A stretch of DNA of 64,000 bases from an uncultured Methanolobus sp. Its GTDB lineage: Archaea; Halobacteriota; Methanosarcinia; Methanosarcinales; Methanosarcinaceae. The position numbers and the translations under genes were made by a program. Shown one piece after another: positions 61,101 through 64,000 of this stretch; within the stretch, counting starts at the first letter, position 1; every line of letters starts with the position of its first letter. Under the pieces are notes generated by a model that did no database searches, was not told the origin of the DNA, and saw only the letters and a list, made by a program, of their open reading frames with translations. The stretch spans positions 928,001-992,000 of the forward strand of contig OY776215.1 in NCBI GenBank assembly GCA_963675495.1, written 5' to 3'.

Positions 61101-63352
61101 AAGCAACAAAAACAGTAACTCTCACAGTACCTTATGGAACCGATGTTAACGCCCTGATTCCAACAATAATACATACCGGAGTAAGCATTGCACCAAATAC
61201 AGGAATTGCACAAGATTTCACGAATCCGGTAACGTATACTGTAACGGCAGAAGATGCCAGCACACAACAATATACAGTTACGGTGAATATAGCTCCAAAC
61301 ACAGCCAAAGAAATAACAAGTTTTGATTTTGAAGGATTAAATCCGGAAGTAGTAGGGCTAGTGGACGAAACAACAAAAACAGTAACTCTCACAGTACCTT
61401 ATGGAACCGATATAAACGCACTGGTTCCAACAATAGCACATACCGGAGTAAGCATTGCACCAAATACAGGAATTGCACAAGATTTCACGAATCCGGTAAC
61501 GTATACTGTAACGGCAGAAGATGCCAGCACACAACAATATACAGTTACGGTGAATATAGCTCCAAACACAGCCAAAGAAATAACAAGTTTTGATTTTGAA
61601 GGATCAAATCCGGAAGTAGTAGGGCTAGTGGACGAAGCAACAAAAACAGTAACTCTCACAGTGCCTTATGGAACCGATGTAAACGCAATGGTTCCAACAA
61701 TAATACATACCGGAGTAAGCATTGCGCCAAATACGGGAATTGCACAAGATTTCACGAATCCGGTAACGTATACTGTAACGGCAGAAGATGCCAGCACACA
61801 ACAATATACAGTTACGGTGAATATAGCTCCAAACACAGCCAAAGAAATAACAAGTTTTGATTTTGAAGGATTAAATCCGGAAGTAGTAGGGCTAGTGGAC
61901 GAAGCAACAAAAACAGTAACTCTCACAGTGCCTTATGGAACCGATGTAAACGCAATGGTTCCAACAATAGCACATACTGGAGTAAGCATTGCGCCAAATA
62001 CGGGAACTGCACAGGATTTCACTAATCCGGTAACGTATACTGTAACTGCAGAAGATGCCAGCACACAACAATATACAATTTCAGTGAATATAGCTCCAAA
62101 CACAGCTAAAGAAATAACAAGTTTCAAGTTTGAGGATCTTGCCGTTGATGGAGTGATCAATGAGGATATAAAAACCGTAGTTTTGACAGTGCCTTACGGA
62201 ACAGATGTAACCTCACTGACACCAACAATCGTGTACAAGGGAGCTAGCATTGATCCTGACACTGGAATGCCAAAAAACTGTACTGAGCCAGTAACATATA
62301 CAGTTACAGCAGAAGATGGGACCTATCAGGAATATACGGTGACAGTGAAAATCGCGGCAAGTTCAGATAAAGCAATAACAAGTTTCAACTTTGCAGAGCT
62401 TGACCCGACAGTCATAGGGACAATCGATGAAGAAGCGAAGACCGTTAAATTAACAGTTCCTTATGGAACAAACGTAACGGCCCTTATACCATCTATAACA
62501 TACATAGGATCAAATATATCGCCTGATACCGGAGAAGCACAGAACTTTACAAGCCTGATGAATTACACAGTAACAGATGCAAATGGCATCACTCAAAACT
62601 ATACGGTGAGTGTGACAATTGCAGCAAATGTAGAGACCACACCAACCGTAACACCAACAAGTAGCGGTGGAGGCGGCGGAGGTGGCGGAGGTGGCACTAC
62701 CGGAGAGGAATATGAGAATATTGAACTCAAGGATGTCAGTTCCATGTTTGTAAGAAAAGATATGTCAGTGAAATTTGAGTTCAGAAATGAAAGCAATGAC
62801 ATTCTGTACGTTGCGTATAAATCACTGAAAAATTCAGGGACCATCTCTGTTACGATAGAAAGTCTGAAAGACAGATCGACCTTTGCTGAAGCATCACCAA
62901 CCGGAATAATCTACAAGAACATTAACATATGGGTCGGAAAAACAGGATATGCAACTCCGAATAATATTGATGAACCTATAATTGGTTTTAGAGTGAACAA
63001 TAATTGGATAAAGGACAATGACATCGATCCAAATAGCATTGTTCTTAACCGATATGATGATAGTTGGAGCCAGCTTTCAACTGTTCAGACAAATTCAGAT
63101 GATGACTACCACTACTTCGAAGCAAGTACACCGGGCTTTTCACCTTTTGCAATAACTGGTGAATCTCTGGGAAGTGAAGAAAAGCTAAATGATGTATCTG
63201 AAAACTTATCTTCAATCCAAGATGATATCTCATCTGAACCCAATGGTTCAGAAGCAAATGAACCTCAGCCGGAAAATCCACTTAGTGCTCTGTCTGCTTT
63301 AGTCACTTGCCTGATAATATCTTTTGTCTGCTTCCTTATACGGAATCAGTAA
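58133..63352 (+). CDS. Secreted S8 subtilisin-like serine peptidase with Ig-like (DUF5018-like) repeats, PGF-pre-PGF domain and C-terminal TM
   Basis: Signal peptide, propeptide YIVQF..YIPNNAF, triad motifs VCDTG/HGTHVAG/GSSMSTP, SSGN, FSSRGPTDDGRIKPD, Gly linker and TPGFSPFAITG. Confidence 0.9.
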   Translation: MNLKKIIFICIIMILLSSMTVAANDDNQILLKSSCLDTDIVSTQKENFRDEPKTIPMSGLIECSDKYYIVQFEGPIIQEWKDEIQTIGVEFFDYIPNNAFVLRMNETERRLVDSLEFIRWTGEYLPEYKCTSDIVTIPDKNITSDSENIIDLVVFVFDPDEISRIELDILAIDGLVFERSDTILGIRIETKNIEKLSFIDGISWIEQYEDPFLSNDVATSIINVDTVQNTLDLKGFGQIVAVCDTGLDTGVNDDSIHADIRGRILSITDLSGDGAADISGHGTHVAGSVLGNGAMSSGQYAGMAPEASLIFQAVETNDGALSGIPVNLYSIFQPAYDAGARIHTNSWGVNASGVYNFRSYYVDHFAWNNPDMLILFSSGNEGKDLDSDGLVDPDSLNSPGTAKNCITVGASENDRGETFSIGWYSTWGTRWPSLFDEDPLKNDYMADDSNGIAAFSSRGPTDDGRIKPDIVAPGTFIISTRSSRATWYDWGVVQENPSYAYLGGSSMSTPIVAGSAALVREYYTEIEKVTDPSASLMKATLLNGAYDMTPGQYGEGTTQDIDGRPDYSQGWGRLDVDNSILAEYPEVIAYFDYIPINSTSDSWDHTYDYAKSGQEIKATLVWTDFPGTPATSKALVNDLDLTITGPSGTYYGNDGPDHTNNVEGIEIENVVEGDHTIEVEAYNLPKAPQNFALVCAFTCDNNEYPANGSYAENSTTEVSADIVHPGGVDQDSIDLEINGVHVAFNTSTIQDGYRIWHNTPIPYASGENNAFITALTDSGQQFSYTWTFNIRPEISNFKFEGLEPIVEGLVDEEAKTVTLSVPYGTDINALVPTIAHTGVSIAPNTGIAQDFTNPVTYTVTAEDASTQQYTVTVNIAPNTAKEITSFDFEGLNPEVVGLVDETTKTVTLTVPYGTDVNALIPTIIHTGVSISPNTGIAQDFTNPVTYTVTAEDASTQQYTVTVNIAPNTAKEITSFDFEGLNPEVVGLVDEATKTVTLTVPYGTDVNALIPTIIHTGVSIAPNTGIAQDFTNPVTYTVTAEDASTQQYTVTVNIAPNTAKEITSFDFEGLNPEVVGLVDETTKTVTLTVPYGTDINALVPTIAHTGVSIAPNTGIAQDFTNPVTYTVTAEDASTQQYTVTVNIAPNTAKEITSFDFEGSNPEVVGLVDEATKTVTLTVPYGTDVNAMVPTIIHTGVSIAPNTGIAQDFTNPVTYTVTAEDASTQQYTVTVNIAPNTAKEITSFDFEGLNPEVVGLVDEATKTVTLTVPYGTDVNAMVPTIAHTGVSIAPNTGTAQDFTNPVTYTVTAEDASTQQYTISVNIAPNTAKEITSFKFEDLAVDGVINEDIKTVVLTVPYGTDVTSLTPTIVYKGASIDPDTGMPKNCTEPVTYTVTAEDGTYQEYTVTVKIAASSDKAITSFNFAELDPTVIGTIDEEAKTVKLTVPYGTNVTALIPSITYIGSNISPDTGEAQNFTSLMNYTVTDANGITQNYTVSVTIAANVETTPTVTPTSSGGGGGGGGGGTTGEEYENIELKDVSSMFVRKDMSVKFEFRNESNDILYVAYKSLKNSGTISVTIESLKDRSTFAEASPTGIIYKNINIWVGKTGYATPNNIDEPIIGFRVNNNWIKDNDIDPNSIVLNRYDDSWSQLSTVQTNSDDDYHYFEASTPGFSPFAITGESLGSEEKLNDVSENLSSIQDDISSEPNGSEANEPQPENPLSALSALVTCLIISFVCFLIRNQ
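60510..62620 (+). repeat. Tandem 267-bp (89-aa) repeats: about six near-identical and two diverged copies
   Basis: KEITSFDFEGLNPEVVGLVDE..TVTLTVPYGTD..PVTYTVTAEDASTQQYTVTV unit; the antisense shadow ORFs recur every 267 bp. Confidence 0.93.
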
Positions 63353-63482
63353 TTTTTTAATTGTGTTTGTACGAACCAGGTATAAAAGATGCATTAACAT
63401 ACCACTTTTTATTGAACAGCACTTATAAATATATTTGAAATAATATACATGCATTCAGAATGTAACTGGTGGATGCTGGCTC

Positions 63483-64000
63483 ATGCATACAAAAAACAAA
63501 ATACTGATAATACTCATCCTACTAATATCAATCACCGCTTTGACTGCCTCTGGAAGCACAAGCAATATGGAGGAAGCTCCTAATAGCCTCATCCTGCTGA
63601 AAGCCGGGTACGTTAATACGGATATGATCACAGAACTTGGAAATCAAACATATGAACAGTCTCCCATGGTTCAGTCTGCCCAATCCATTGGATATTCTGA
63701 AAAATACTATATTGTGCAATTCACCGGACCAGTACAAGATATATGGAAACAGAATATAACTTCAATCGGAGCTTCTGCTTACAATTACATCCCGAACAAT
63801 GCATTTGTTTTCAGGATGAATGAAGAGGTAAAAAGTCAAGTATATTTAATGGATCATGTAAAATGGATAGGAGAGTACAGACCATCTTACAAATATGAAC
63901 CTGAACTAATATCCAATGAAGATGAAAACACATACAACATATTACTTTTCTCTTCAGCAGATAAAGAAAGAATAAACTATGAAATCCAATCACTTGGCGG
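63483..64000 (+). CDS. Second secreted S8 peptidase paralog, N-terminal part (runs off the window)
   Basis: MHTKNKILIILILLIS signal; ILLKAG..KYYIVQFTGPVQDIWK..YIPNNAFVFRMNE..WIGEYRPSYK matches the propeptide of 58133-63352; frame open to the end of the window. Confidence 0.82.
   Translation, partial: MHTKNKILIILILLISITALTASGSTSNMEEAPNSLILLKAGYVNTDMITELGNQTYEQSPMVQSAQSIGYSEKYYIVQFTGPVQDIWKQNITSIGASAYNYIPNNAFVFRMNEEVKSQVYLMDHVKWIGEYRPSYKYEPELISNEDENTYNILLFSSADKERINYEIQSLG

Noticed and set aside
60598-62160. Series of 86-aa minus-strand ORFs, or a possible CRISPR-like array
   Set aside because: Antisense shadows of 267-bp coding repeats; no short repeat with unique spacers and no cas genes

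Overview
Chromosomal window of a methanogenic archaeon, most likely Methanosarcinaceae (Methanolobus/Methanococcoides-like). This is inferred from the cfb F430 genes, dmrX, egsA, Methanosarcina-type S-layer and PGF-pre-PGF domains, and the aIF2g-PIN-rpoE1-spt4-DPCK-S24e-S27ae operon. Bases 1-33 kb are mostly housekeeping: gdh, marker-9/citG/DUF447/dmrX, hflX, endA, a large S-layer/LVIVD surface protein, glucan phosphorylase, cfbE-D-C-B without an adjacent cfbA, egsA and purP. Bases 33.3-58 kb hold the most unusual locus: DUF2162 + MotA/ExbB-like + DUF2149, followed by four tandem CobN/ChlH-family genes. All four have signal peptides and C-terminal membrane anchors, no CobS/T or ChlI/D partner lies in the window, and their N-terminal domains are amplified. 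The locus resembles an expanded archaeal version of the Bacteroidetes hmuSTUV tetrapyrrole metal-harvesting module. Three of the four genes share an unannotated two-hairpin leader with compensatory base changes and a conserved loop (ARCCGCCAARCAA); its second hairpin buries the ribosome-binding site and AUG, making it a candidate archaeal riboswitch or cis-regulatory RNA. One paralog has an in-frame TAA and another has lost the conserved His motifs. A candidate anti-SD sRNA lies at about 6.05-6.15 kb. Two secreted subtilases end the window. No tRNA, rRNA, CRISPR or IS element was seen.
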